Source: Rhynchopus sp. YZ270_cl-10
Lineage: Eukaryota
Direction: 5' to 3'
Assembly: GCA_964035575.1 (NCBI GenBank)
Contig: OZ037844.1
Coordinates: 1,488,001-1,552,000 of the forward strand
Length of the DNA stretch: 64,000 bases
Below the pieces are notes generated by a model. That model worked only from the letters and a program-made list of their open reading frames with translations. It ran no database searches and was not told where the DNA came from. Below are positions 34,196-47,066 of the stretch, one piece after another. Position 1 is the first letter of the stretch. Each line of letters begins with the position of its first letter. The position numbers were made by a program, and so were the translations under genes.

Positions 34196-37171
34196 ATGTC
34201 GAAGCGACACACAGACAGCACACCTGACGAGAAGGCACCACACAGCACAACACTTTCTGCACACAAGGTCTTGGTGGAGGCTGCCAGGAACGGCGACACG
34301 ACTGCCGTGCGGGTGGGACTTGAGAAGCTCAGCCCAGACACAGACAGCAAAACGGCTGCCTTCGATACTGTACACGAGGCATGCAGAGGGAACCACGATG
34401 AATGCCTCGCACTGCTTCTTCCGTATGTTGAGACAACGCAGATGGGCTTCGGGATGCTGCTGAGTGAGTGCATCCACGCAGACCACACTGCGCGCACGGA
34501 GGTCCTCTTGCAGCATTGGAAGTCAGTCTGCAGCAACGTTGCGTTTGTCCCACACGGGCAGGAGGCAGACATCGAAAGTGAGACACCTCGTCCCTGTCCA
34601 GCCATGTGGGAGGACCCTGCAGTGTGTCAGGTGCTCATTGATGCAGGGGCAGACATCGAGACAAAGGACGACATGGGACGTTCGCCTCTGCACTGGTCTT
34701 GCCATTCAGGAGCACTCGCAGTTGTGAAGATGTTGGTCGCAGCCGGTACGGAAGTCTGTGTCACAGACAACAATGGAGCCACGTGTCTTATTTTTGCAGC
34801 ACATCATGGACACACCGAGACTGTGCGCTATCTTGTGGGCTTGAAGGATGTGGACGTGAATCATGAAAATGAGAACGGCGCCACTGCGTTGCTCTGCGCA
34901 GTGCAGAAGGGACTTCCCACTGTGGTGCAGGTGCTCATTGATGCAGGGGCAGACGTGCAGGCAAACAACACTAATGGAGAATTGCCTCTACACTTTGCTA
35001 GCTTCATTGGCAAGGTGGGGGCTGTGAAGATGTTGGTCGAAGCAGGTGCGGAAGTGCGTGCCACAGACAACAAAGGACAGACGTGTCTTATGATTGCGTC
35101 GGGTGTTGGAAACACTGAGACGGTACGGTATCTTGTACGCTTGCCGGGTGTGGAAGTGAATCATCATGAAGAGAAGGGCTACACTGCATTGCACTTCGCA
35201 GTGCAGGAAGGACATGGCGATGTGGTGCAGGTGCTCATTGATGCAGGGGCTGACATCGAGACAAAGGATGAGGACGGACGTTCACCTCTGCTCAGGGCGA
35301 GCGTTTCAGGCAAGATCGCAGTTGTGAAGACGTTGGTCGAAGCAGGTGCGAGAGTGTGTGTCACAGACAACAAAGGTAACACGTGTCTTATGCTTGCGTC
35401 ACTCTATGGACATACCGAGACTGTGCGCACTTTTCTGTGCATGCCTGAGGTGGATGTGAATCGCGCTGACAACAACAGCCGCACTTCGCTCCAGTACGCA
35501 GTGCAGGGAGGGCGTGGCGATGTGGTGCAGGTGCTCATTGATGCAGGGGCTGATGTTGATGCAAAGAACAGTCTCGGAAGCACACCACTTCACTGTGCTT
35601 GTGAGGTTGGGGAACTCGACATTGTGCAGATGTTGGTGGAAGCAGGTGCGGACGTGAGTCTGGTGGACGGTAAGACTAACACGTGTCTTATCATTGCGGC
35701 GTATGCAGGACACACCGAGACTGTGCGCTATCTTGTGGGCTTGAAGGATGTGGACGTGAATTATCGAGGCATGACCAACTTCACAGCGTTGTACAGTGCG
35801 GTGCAGGAAGGACATCACAATGTGCTTGAGGTTCTCATTGATGCAGGGGCAGATATGGAGGTTGCGAACAGCTGGGGTACACTGGCTCTGGAGTTTGCGT
35901 GCAATCGTGGGGATGTTGTGAGTGTGAAGATGTTGGTCGAAGCAGGCGCGGGAGTGCTTGCCACAGACAAGAAAGGCGAGACGTGTCTTATGACTGCGTC
36001 GGGCGCTGGACACACCGATACTGTGCGCTATCTTGTGGGCCTGAAGGAGGTGGATGTGAATCATGAACATAACAACGGCTGCACTGCGTTGCACTTCGCA
36101 GTGCAGGGAGGACATGGCGCTGTGGTGCAGGTGCTCATTGATGCAGGGGCAGACATGGAGGCAAAGAACAACGGGGGTGGTTCTGCTCTGCTCTTGGCTA
36201 GCTTTCACGGGCATCTGGAAGTTGCCAAGGTGTTGGTCGAAGCAGGTGCGGACGTGTGCGTCACAGACCACACAGGACTCACATGCCTTATGCTTGCGGC
36301 TGGTTTGGGACACACCGAGACTGTGCGCACTCTTCTGTGCATGCCTGAGGTGGACGTGAATCACGTACAGAATGCAGAGAACAACAGCTCCACTTCGCTA
36401 CACTACGCAGTGTTAAAGAAGCACGCAGATGTGGTGCAGGTGCTGATTGCTGCAGGGGCTGATGTTGATGCAAAGAACAGCCTCGGAAGCACACCTCTTC
36501 ACTGTGCTTGTGAGGTTGGGGAACTCGACATTGTGCAGATGTTGGTCAAAGCAGGTGTGGACGTGAGTCTGGTGGACGATAAGACTAACACGTGTCTTAT
36601 CGTTGCGGCGTATGCAGGACACACCGAGATTGTACGCTATCTTGTGGGCTTGAAGGATGCGGACGTGAATTATCGAGGCACAAGCAACTCCACAGCATTG
36701 TACAGTGCGGTGCAGGAAGGACATCACGATGTGCTTGAGGTTCTCATTGATGCAGGGGCAGATATGGAGGTTGGGAACAGCTGGGGTACACTGGCTCTGG
36801 AGGTTGCGTGCAATGGTGGGGATGTTGTGAGTGTGAAGATGTTGGTCGAAGCAGGCGCAAATGTGCATGTTGCAGACACGAACAGAGCCTCCTGTCTCAT
36901 GCTCGCAGTGCTTAAAGGACACGCCGAGACGGTGCGCTACCTTGCAGGCTTGCCACAGGTGGACGTGGATGAAGTGCGTCAAGGAAAGACTGCGCTGTGC
37001 TGTGCACTGGACGGGGGAGCACATGCCGATGTGGTGCAGGCGCTTGGTGCGACACGTCGCATGCATGTCTCACGGACAGCGTGTGGTGGATGTCCTGTTG
37101 TATGGTGGGGTATTGGGGGTTTGTTTTTGGGGGTCTATGGTTATTTTAAACTAGCGAGAAGGGGTGTTTAG
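34196..37171 (+). CDS. Long ankyrin-repeat protein with C-terminal TM tail (array copy 4)
   Basis: Uninterrupted paralogous ORF; the normally terminal block (LCMPEVDVN...TLALE) is present twice. Confidence 0.93.
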   Translation: MSKRHTDSTPDEKAPHSTTLSAHKVLVEAARNGDTTAVRVGLEKLSPDTDSKTAAFDTVHEACRGNHDECLALLLPYVETTQMGFGMLLSECIHADHTARTEVLLQHWKSVCSNVAFVPHGQEADIESETPRPCPAMWEDPAVCQVLIDAGADIETKDDMGRSPLHWSCHSGALAVVKMLVAAGTEVCVTDNNGATCLIFAAHHGHTETVRYLVGLKDVDVNHENENGATALLCAVQKGLPTVVQVLIDAGADVQANNTNGELPLHFASFIGKVGAVKMLVEAGAEVRATDNKGQTCLMIASGVGNTETVRYLVRLPGVEVNHHEEKGYTALHFAVQEGHGDVVQVLIDAGADIETKDEDGRSPLLRASVSGKIAVVKTLVEAGARVCVTDNKGNTCLMLASLYGHTETVRTFLCMPEVDVNRADNNSRTSLQYAVQGGRGDVVQVLIDAGADVDAKNSLGSTPLHCACEVGELDIVQMLVEAGADVSLVDGKTNTCLIIAAYAGHTETVRYLVGLKDVDVNYRGMTNFTALYSAVQEGHHNVLEVLIDAGADMEVANSWGTLALEFACNRGDVVSVKMLVEAGAGVLATDKKGETCLMTASGAGHTDTVRYLVGLKEVDVNHEHNNGCTALHFAVQGGHGAVVQVLIDAGADMEAKNNGGGSALLLASFHGHLEVAKVLVEAGADVCVTDHTGLTCLMLAAGLGHTETVRTLLCMPEVDVNHVQNAENNSSTSLHYAVLKKHADVVQVLIAAGADVDAKNSLGSTPLHCACEVGELDIVQMLVKAGVDVSLVDDKTNTCLIVAAYAGHTEIVRYLVGLKDADVNYRGTSNSTALYSAVQEGHHDVLEVLIDAGADMEVGNSWGTLALEVACNGGDVVSVKMLVEAGANVHVADTNRASCLMLAVLKGHAETVRYLAGLPQVDVDEVRQGKTALCCALDGGAHADVVQALGATRRMHVSRTACGGCPVVWWGIGGLFLGVYGYFKLARRGV

Positions 37172-38733
37172 GAAATGTGAAGATGTTGGTCGAAGGTGTG
37201 GAGTGCGCATCACGACAACATGCAAGACGTGTCTTATCATTGCGTTTGTTTTCTTCCCCTGACAACGCACTTGTGGAGTCCCGCGCAGCTGATGTTGTGC
37301 GATAGGTGACGATAGGCCGCAGAAGGTGAAGAAGTTTTGTGTGGAAACACCTTTTTCGTTGTCGCTTTTTTCTCCTATTTCTTTTGATTTGACGGACCGA
37401 TTGGTCTTTATGGTGGGGTCACATGAACGTACGAAACTGCTACAGATGTGTTTTGTAAAGTGCATGAGGAGATACAATTCAGAACAAATATTCAAAAACC
37501 CGTCTTTTTTATTTTTTTATGATCTTCCAAAGTCCCACACCGGCTTTTACAATATGGGCACACCAGCATAATAAGATCCCCTGTTCGTGTCAATGCACTC
37601 TCTCCTACCCGCATTGCGCAACAATTCTGTTACTTTGCCTTTGTGTTGACTTTGTGAGGCACTTCGACCCCACGATGCCTTGTTGCTTTATTTTCCTGTG
37701 TTTTTGTAACACAACTTACTTCGTACATAAAAACTAACCCCATTTTTTTATGTTTTGACGCTTTCTTTTTGCTTTTGTTTGAACAGACTGTTTGTACGCA
37801 GGCTACGCCTTTTCCCTACAGTGGTTTGAGCTTCTTGTGTTGACACTGTCGAATAGGGGACACGGAATGACGGTATCCTGAAACGCACAGCATACACTGT
37901 TGTTTTATGCACACTTAGTCTTTTGCGCAACAAGCAAGAGTAACGAGTCTCTCGAGCATTTCTTGCACCATGCTCATCCTCGAATGACATCATCCCTTGA
38001 CAACACTGGAATCCCGCACAGCTGATGCTGTGCGATAACGAATGTGATCAAGGTGAGGAACCACGAGAGCTTCAGGTTCATCTTTGTAAACTTTTCTTTC
38101 TTTCCCCTTCGCAGATGTGAAACTCGCACCTGTGAATTCCAAAACAATTCTCTTTAATGATGATCAACACAATGCAGACATCAGCCACATAAAAAACAGT
38201 ACGACTCCATTTGTTTTGCATCCAACTTCAATACCCCCGTCACAAAGTGTACCAACAAGGACCACTTCCGTTTGGCTTAGAATCAGGTTCGTGTGGAGGT
38301 GGGGAGGCAGTCTGCCAGTTGTTCTTGCTACTGTGAGCGGCGAGTTGAAGCGTTGTGCCCCTTTCAGTTGTGATGAGTGGCAAAAGAACGTCGACCTCGC
38401 TGTGTCTGCCTTCATCTGCGATGGCTGGTCGGATGTGATGCCAAGTTGCAAGAAGCACGCCACACTTCTTCTCTCGCACTGAAGAGCCTTGCAGTCTTTC
38501 TTTAGCCAAGATCACGACAAAAAGTGCTACATTTTCCACACGAAATACACGATCGCCCACACCCTGCTTCGAGCGCTAGATATGTGAGTGATGTCCACAT
38601 GCAGAAAGGAATGAGAGCCTGAACGTGTCGTCTTCAGACACCTCCTTTGTCTCCTTTGTGTCCCTCCTCCCCACCTCACAACCCACGCATAAAAAGGAAA
38701 ACCACAACACACATTAACGAGAAGTTCAAAACC

Positions 38734-40668
38734 ATGTCGAAGCGACACACAGACAGCACACCTGACGAGAAGGCACCAAAGAGAAGAAAGCTTTCAGACT
38801 CGGTCTTGGTGGAGGCTGCCAGGAACGGCGACACGACTGCCGTGCGGGTGGGACTTGAGAAGCTCAGCCCAGACACAGACAGCAAAACGGTTGCCTTCGA
38901 TACTGTGCACGAGGCATGCAGAGGGAACCACGATGAATGCCTCGCACTGCTTCTTCCGTATGTTGAGACAACGCAGATGGGCTTCGGGATGCTGCTGAGT
39001 GAGTGCATCCACGCAGACCACACTGCGTGCACGGAGGTCCTCTTGCAGCATTGGAAGTCAGTCTGCAGCAACGTTGCGTTTGTCCCACACGGGCAGGATG
39101 CAGAATAAGACCGTCCCTGTCCAGCCATGTGGGGGGACCCTGCAGTGTGTCAGGTGCTCATTGATGCAGGGGCAGACATCGAGACGAAGGCTGAGGAGGG
39201 ACGTTCGCCTCTGCACTGGTCTTGCTTTTCAGGAGCACTCGCAGTTGTGAAGATGTTGGTCGAAGCAGGTGCGGGAGTGTGTGCCACAGACAACAATGAA
39301 CAGACATGTATTTTCCTCGCGGCGTATGCAGGACACACCGAGACTGTGCGGTATCTTGTGGGTTTGAAGGATGTGGATGTGCATCATGAAAATAGCAAGG
39401 GCTTCACTGCGTTGCACTTCGCAGTGCAGGAAGGACACTGCGATGTGGTGCAGGTGCTCATTGATGCAGGGGCAGACGTGCTGACAAAGAACAGCATTGG
39501 ACGTTCGATTCTGCACTTTGCCAGCTCCTTTGGCTAGCTGGGGACTGTGAAGATGTTGGTCGAAGCAGGTGCGGAAGTGCGTGCCACAGACAACAATGGA
39601 GCGACGTGTCTTATCCGTGCGGCGTGTGTAGGACACACTGAGACGGTACGGTACCTTGTGGGATTGAAGGATGTCGAAATGAATCATCAACAGAACGACG
39701 GATACACAGCGTTGCTCTGCGCAGTGCAGAAAGGACATGGTGATGTGGTGCAGGTGCTCATTGATGCAGGGGCAGACATGGAAGCAAAGAACAGCGTGGG
39801 TTATTCTGCTCTGCTCTTGGCTAGCTTAGTTGGGAAGCTGGAAGTTGCCAAGGTGTTGGTCGAAGCAGGTGCGTGCGTGTGTGTCACGGAGAACAATGGA
39901 GACACGTGTCTTATGCTTGCGTCACTCTATAGACACACCGAGACTGTGCGCACTCTTCTGTGCATGCCTGAGGTGGATGTGAATCATGCAAAGTACAACG
40001 GCTCCACTTCGCTACACTACGCAGTGTTAAAGAAGCACGCAGATGTGGTGCAGGTGCTAATTGATGCAGGGGCTGATGTTGATGCAAAGAATAGCCTCGG
40101 AAGCGCACCACTTCACTGTGCTTGTAAGGGTGGGGAACTCGACATTGTGCAGATGTTGGTGGAAGCAGGTGTGGACGTGAGTCTGGTGGACGATAAGACT
40201 AACACGTGTCTTATCATTGCGGCGTATGCAGGACACACCGAGACTGTGCGCTATCTTGTGGGCTTGAAGGATGTGGACGTGAATTATCGAGGCATGACCA
40301 ACTTCACAGCGTTGTACTCCGCAGTGCATGAAGGACATCACAATGTGCTGAAGGTTCTCATTGATGCAGGGGCAGATATGGAGGTTGCGAACAGCAGGGG
40401 TACACTGGCTCTGGAGGTTGCGTGCAATCGTGGGGATGTTGTGAGTGTGAAGATGTTGGTCGAAGCAGGCGCACATGTGCATGTTGCGGACACGAACAGA
40501 GCCTCCTGTCTCATGCTTGCAGTGCTTAAAGGACACGCCGAGACGGTGCGCTACCTTGCAGGCTTGCCACAGGTGGACGTGGATGAAGTGCGTCAAGGAA
40601 AGACTGCGCTGTGCTGTGCACTGGACGGGGGAGCACATGCCGATGTGGTGCAGGCGCTATTATCCTAA
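38734..40668 (+). pseudogene. Ankyrin-repeat pseudogene (array copy 5)
   Basis: One reading frame broken by TAA (39106-39108) and TAG (39535-39537); homology stops at VVQAL, before the TM tail. Confidence 0.85.
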
Positions 40669-41169
40669 ATGCCTAGAAATTTAGGTACCAAGATACTTAC
40701 CCCTAAAGAAAAATATTGCCCCTCCACTGCCTCCTTTTTGCGTTGTCGCCCTCAATACTGGTCACACCACCAAGGGTGCGGACGACACTCCGCGTATTCT
40801 GCGCTTTTGCAGCTGTTTACACTGCTTCAGGGCGGTTAAAAAAGTTCTCCCCCCCTCCTTTATCCTGCCGCTAGCTTGCACATGTCTTGGGCCAACAAAT
40901 CTTCGTCAAAACGCATCTTGTGAGCCTTCCCCTGATACGTTAAAAAACGTCGTTTCACAGTTTCAGTGTCGCATGTTGTGTGACTTGGGCTTGATACCCT
41001 TGGTCTTCATTTCGGTTCCCATTCCCCCTTGACTTTGAACACAGCAAGCGGGTTGCAAACAACAACCTTCCCCCTCCCTTCCTCCCTCTCACACCCCCTC
41101 CCTGTCCACTCTAGATTTTCAGAATAATTTTTGCATATGCGGGGGAGTCACATTAATACCTCATTCTCG

Positions 41170-44100
41170 ATGGACCCGCTAGCGACGCAGGTTTTAGACG
41201 GGACGGGCGACCCCGGGAGTTGGGTGGACTTCACCCAGGAGGATCCTTGCAGGGCCGCACCAAGCCACCTCCGCATCGCTGTGCAGAAGAACCTCACCCT
41301 CGGGAGACGCAAATTCTGGCCCACCTTCATCACAATCTTCTTTACACCGTACATCATTGGCATGGTTTTGGTTGGCTACTTCCTGACGAAGGATACGAAC
41401 GAAGTCGGGCGGTCATTTGTAGAGGATTCTGCTTCGAACGTTACGCACACACTGCTGTCTAACAGCTGCGTCTTCGGAGTCGATCATGCTAAGGCAACGA
41501 GGTTGGGGTGGACAGTTTGCGAGGAGGTGTGCTCTGACCCGCTGTTCCGCTGTCGGTATTCTGGGTGTGGGTTGTGTGGTGAAGCAGGCCTCGGGGCGAA
41601 TCTCACGGACGAATGGAAAGCAGACTATTCGCAACCCCCGGGGATCGATGTGTCTGCAATGCTCCGTCTTCTCGCAACCACCGACGGAACGAACGTTACC
41701 TCCGACGGCACCGATAACACCGCAACCGATCACTATGCGCTCCAATTTCTTGCCTCTCCCGAAGAGATAGCTCAGCATTCTTGCACCCATAGCCGTGCTT
41801 TGATCGACACAATTCAGAAAGAAACACTCTTTTTTGATGAAATCGTTGACGCCAATGCAACTCGCTGGGGAGCCTCAGCAGAGAACTGCGCGTCATACGT
41901 ATGGGGAAGCGAGCACGATGCTTTGGCCTATGCGACTGCAGGGAAAGGGGGGAATGTCTGGGCTCTCATTGTCCTCAACGCGTTTGACGCAGACCAAGGC
42001 GTCGTGGAGTATGCCATCCGCATGCCTGAAGCAGAGTTTGTGTCTTCACAGGAGGTGACATACGATTTGTCTCTCAGAGAGCAAAGCGCGTCGCGTTATG
42101 TGACGTCCGGGTTTTTAGCACTGCAGACGCTTATCGACACCTTCTTTCTTGGAAAAATATCTGAAAATGCTGAAGATTTTGAATACCCATCGCTTCTAAC
42201 CCTTTTGATGCCTACCTTCAATGCGTCCAGCAATGCTTTCTTTGAGAACCAAGGAGGCTACATTCCGTTAGATTACATGGGAGGGTTTGGCATGCTCTTT
42301 GGTGGCTACGTAGGTGCAGTGGTGGCAGAAAAGGAGCAGGGAACGAAGGCACAGATGTTGGTCATGGGTATGTCGCATACTACGGTGTACGCATCGTGGC
42401 TGGTCACATATGGGATGTACATGACGGTGACGGCGGTGGCGGTGACGCTGTTGACCGGGATGACCTTTTTGCATGATATCAACATCGTGCTGGTGTTTCT
42501 CGTAAATGAAGCGTATATTTTGAGCATGCTTCCGTTGGGGCTGATCGCTTCGGTGTTCTTCTCGAAAGCGAGGACAGCGAGGGGGATGTGCAATCTGTTG
42601 TTCTGGATGCTCTCGCTCATCCGTTTTGCGATTCCAAGCGATGCTGGAATTGGAATTAACACCTTTGCCTCGCTGTCATCTCCAGTGGCGTATTGGCTTG
42701 CTATCGAATCGCTTTTTGTTGGGTTCGGAAAAAAAGGGAATCATGTTGGATTCAACGAGTTTTTTACTGAGATCGACGGATTTTCGTTTGCGTCAGCGAT
42801 TTTTATGATGTTGTTTGATGCGATCATATACTTTGTGTTGTTTCTGTATCTCGATCAGGTGGTCCCTTCTGAGTTTCAGGCGAGGAGGCATCCGCTGTTC
42901 TTCTTACAATGGATAGGCTTTGACGTAGGAAACACCACTCTCCGTTGCATGGACGACCCCGAACTGCTGCCGCGCAACATCGAATCCGAGTTCCCAGACT
43001 CCGCACGCTCCTCAATGCTCAACCGCGAAGCCGTCCGAATCTCTTCTCTTCACAAAGCATACCCAAACGTCGTCGCCGTCAACCGCCTTGGAAAAGGTGT
43101 GCCAAAAGGTGCCCCTGGAGGAGCCGATGCATTCACTATGCACGAAGGGAACGTACAATGCGTTCTTGGGCACAACGGGGCAGGCAAAACGACGCTCATC
43201 AACATGCTTACTGGGACGACCGACGTAAGCGATGGAGACTGCACGCTGTGGGGGCATTCGATTCGCACGGAAATGCATGCCGTCCGCCAGCTTCTCGGGC
43301 TGTGCCCGCAGGCGAACGTTCTGTGGGATGATCTGACCACAGAAGAACACCTCTACTTTTTCGGCCACCTCAAATCTTTGTCGAAGGACACATTAAAACA
43401 GCGGGTGGACGAGCTTATCGCGGCCTTAGGCCTTCAAGAGAAGAGAACCGCGCGGGCAAAAACGCTCTCTGGGGGGATGAAACGGAAGCTCTCTGTCGCA
43501 TGCGCTCTAGTAGGTGGATCACGGTTCCTCATCCTCGACGAACCCACCGCAGGCATGGACGTAGAAAGCCGCCGTGCCATGTGGAGCCTTCTGCGCAACC
43601 CAACCCTCCTCAAGGGCAGGGTCCTGCTCCTTACCACCCACTATATGGAGGAGGCTGACGTACTGGGGGATAGCATTGCCATCATGCATCATGGTTGTCT
43701 TCATTCTTGGGGTTCTGCGTTGTTTCTGAAGAGCAGGCTTGGCGTAGGATACAACATGACTGTCACCATGTCGCAAGGAGGTAACCCCGAGGAAATTCTT
43801 GGTTTTGTGCAAAATGCGTTGCCTAGGGCGCAGGTCTCGCAGTTGTCGTCGTCGGGGAGTGAGTTGCGTTTGCAAATTCCGACGGACAGTGCGCCTGATG
43901 CGGAAACATTGGAAATCATTACAACGCTGTTAAATGCGAATGTAGGAGCTATGTCGCCTCACGATCTGAAGGAGAGACTGCTTCGCCATGAAGAGGATCA
44001 TCCAGGCACGACCCAGGAGGTTTTAGAAAATATGAGAACCGTTGCAGCGTTTCCAAACATGTTGGATGATCTGGAGGACAACAAGCTGGGGCTAGGAGTC

Positions 44101-47066
44101 GAAGGCTTTGGTGTCGGCATGACAACTTTGGAGGAAGTGTTCTTGAAGATCGCAATGGCGGAGGCGGAGGCGGAGACAGACGCTCACCACAACACCACAG
44201 ATGTTTCCAACGACGACTTCGCTTCGCTCTACACCAGAACCAACAGCAAGGACCCACCCCTCTCCGGAGCGGCACTTCTCTTCACTCAATTCAAGGCCCT
44301 CTTCTACAAGAGGGTGCGTGCGGCCAGAAGGGACAGACGTGCCGTGATTCTGCAGATGTTTTTACCATTCATCATGGTCTGCTTCTCCGCTATCATTGCC
44401 ACCTCTCTTGGTGACCCTGACGAAGTGCATCTGAACACCGAATTGCAGCATAATGACGACGTTATTGCATACAGCACGCAAGAAAACGATCCTGATCTTT
44501 TCGCTTCGTCGCTGTGGACCAAATATAAGCTGGAGAATGTGACGGCATTGAACGCATCTGTTACGACGTGCGAAGCGATGTCAGAGTTTCTTGGTGAGAA
44601 CGCAAACGAAACGACCCACAGAAGTCTGGCGTATTCCTTCTGCGAGGAGATGGTCATCATGCCGAACGTAACGAAGCCCTACGCTTTGCCTGCAGGGATC
44701 ACCGCACTGGGTAACGCCATGGCAAAGCGTATCAAAGACGGCGCCAAAATCATTGCCTCCAACTTCCCACTTCCCAGAACCTCGCAGGCCGCTGCAACGG
44801 AAAACGCTGTACGCTCCATGACACGTGGTATAGTCATTTTGGTGCCACTTATTCTGGCATCCACCTCGATTGTAACCGCAGCAGCGAAGGAGAAGGAAAC
44901 CAAGGCAAAGCACGTTCAGCTGTTATCTGGTACGCATATCGCGGTGTACTGGGCGAGTTCGTTGTCATTCGATTTTTTGTCGCTTTTGATGACAACGTTG
45001 ATCTGTTTTGTTGGGTTTTTGATCACCAATTTAACGCCATTTGTCGGATCTTTTGAATCTGCCTTAGCGATCTTTACTGTACTCTCCGCTTATTCTGTGG
45101 TCGCGATTTTGATGGGGTATATCATGTCGTTATTGACAGCTCAGGCCAGCACTGCACAGGATGGGTTGACTGTTATCTCATTTTTGACCGGATTTTTGGT
45201 TCCGATTGTTGCGTTTACCTTGAATTTGATTCACGCTACTCACGATGCGACGTTTGTTTTGAAGTTCATTTTCCGCATTTTCCCGCCTTTCTGCCTTGGC
45301 GACTCCATCATCCAACTCTCTTCTCGCAAATTCGCTAACGCCTTCGACGAAAACGCGACGATCCCTTCACCCTTTGCCCTCGACATCACCGGGTACAACC
45401 TCCTGTACATGCTCTTCCAAATCCCCATTCTCGCTGTTATACTTTGCCTCATGGAGAGCGCAGCACTGAGACAAAAGGTCCGCCGTTTTTTGAGCTGGAG
45501 AAAGAAGAAGCAGCAAAGCGGGAAATACCGCGACATCGAAAGCGGCGACCACGAGCAAACCCATCTGATGCTTCCAACCGACAGCACGAACCACACCAAT
45601 GAAGGTGCAACACTACCCAGAGACGGTGATGAGGTGCTAGCACGCTGTGGAGCATGGCTGCGTTGTGTACAGAACGATAAGGAGTACTACTTCAACGAAG
45701 TGACCGGGGAGTCGAAACACGGTGCCCAGGACACTCCATTCTATGTAGACCCGTCTGTAGCAGAGCATGCCAGAGAGGTGAATGGACACCCCGGAGGGCG
45801 TGAAGGTGATTACGTTACGGTACAGAATTTGACCAAAACGTTTCCAGCTCGAGGAGGTGCTCCTGCCAAGGTTGCAGTCCGTGGTGTCTCCTTTGGTGTC
45901 CAATCCGGCGAGCTCTTCGCCTTCCTCGGAACAAACGGCGCAGGAAAAACTACGACCCTCTCCGTCCTCTCTGGCGAAACCCTTCCCACCGAAGGGGAGG
46001 CTTTCATTGCTGGACACAACGTCGTGCTTGATGCGCAACGTGCACATGAAAACCTCGGGTTTTGCTCTCAATTCAACTCTCTCCTTGAAGGCCTTACTAC
46101 CGAAGAGCATTTACATCTTTTTGCCGCAATTCGTGGAGTACCTGAAGCGCATATTACCCCAAGCGTAGAACTACTGCTCTCAAAAACGATGCTCTCAGAC
46201 CACAGAGATAAACTACCGAACGAGCTCTCCGGAGGGAATAAGAGGAAGCTGAGCGTGGCGATTGCACTGATGGGAGGACCTGCCGCGCTTTTCCTTGACG
46301 AGCCTTCGGCGGGGATGGACCCAATGGCACGTCGTGCGCTGTGGGATGCGTTGGAGAAGGCAATCAAAACGCTTGGCCTTTCTGTTATCATCACGACGCA
46401 CCATTTGGAGGAGATCGAAGGGCTGTCGAGGCTGAGGCATAGAATTACTATCATGGTAGAGGGGAGGCTGCAGTGTCTTGGTACCTTGGCGCAGTTGAAG
46501 CAGAAGTTGGGTGATGCGTACGAAGTGACGGTGAAAGTGTCGCGCGACGAATGCGAAGAAGTGACGCGTGCGCACCTCGTCAACAGCTACCCAGGTGCAG
46601 AGGTTGTCAGCAGTGCGCAGGGAAGGATCACAGTGCAGATCCCCAAGCAGTCGGCATCGCTCCCAGGGCTCTTCAGGAACATCGAGGCAGAGAGGTTGCG
46701 GTTGGGTATGTCCTTTTATTAAAAATGAAATAGTGGAGTTCATCCTCTGTCTACACTAATACAACCAAGTTTTCAATGAAACAAAAAATAAAGAAAAAAG
46801 AGGTAAAAGGGATAGTCATCCTTGGGTGTCACTACTTCGCTTCAGAAGCAACCCTCCCATCAGTCTGCACCAATTCAAGAACACCCACAACTACAGGTGT
46901 GGTGGATTATGCCATCAACGAGAAGTCACTGGAGCTTGTGTTTGTGCGTCTGAGCCACATCACCGCCAGCTCTACCCAGCATGAGTCTGGAGACTGTGCC
47001 GAGAAGCTGTACACCCCACACCCTCCCATCGCGTGGACGGATGGTGACGATCGGGAGCTTGAGTGA
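41170..47066 (+). CDS. ABCA: Full-length ABC transporter, subfamily A (TMD-NBD-TMD-NBD); exons ~41170-46705 and 46897-47066
   Basis: Walker A LGHNGAGKTT and LGTNGAGKTT, signatures LSGGMKRKLS and LSGGNKRKLS, Walker B LDEPTAGMD and LDEPSAGMD, TTHYMEEAD, TLEEVFLKI. Splicing GT(46706)..AG(46896) restores the ABCA C-terminal GVVDYAINEKSLELVF. Start codon inferred. Confidence 0.95.

Noticed and set aside
39106..39537. Stop-codon reassignment or readthrough
   Set aside because: TAA, TAG and TGA all act as terminators in the window and the intact long ORFs contain no internal stops.
6727..40668. Diversity-generating retroelement explaining ankyrin variation
   Set aside because: No reverse transcriptase or template repeat is visible, and I see no clear adenine-specific substitution pattern.
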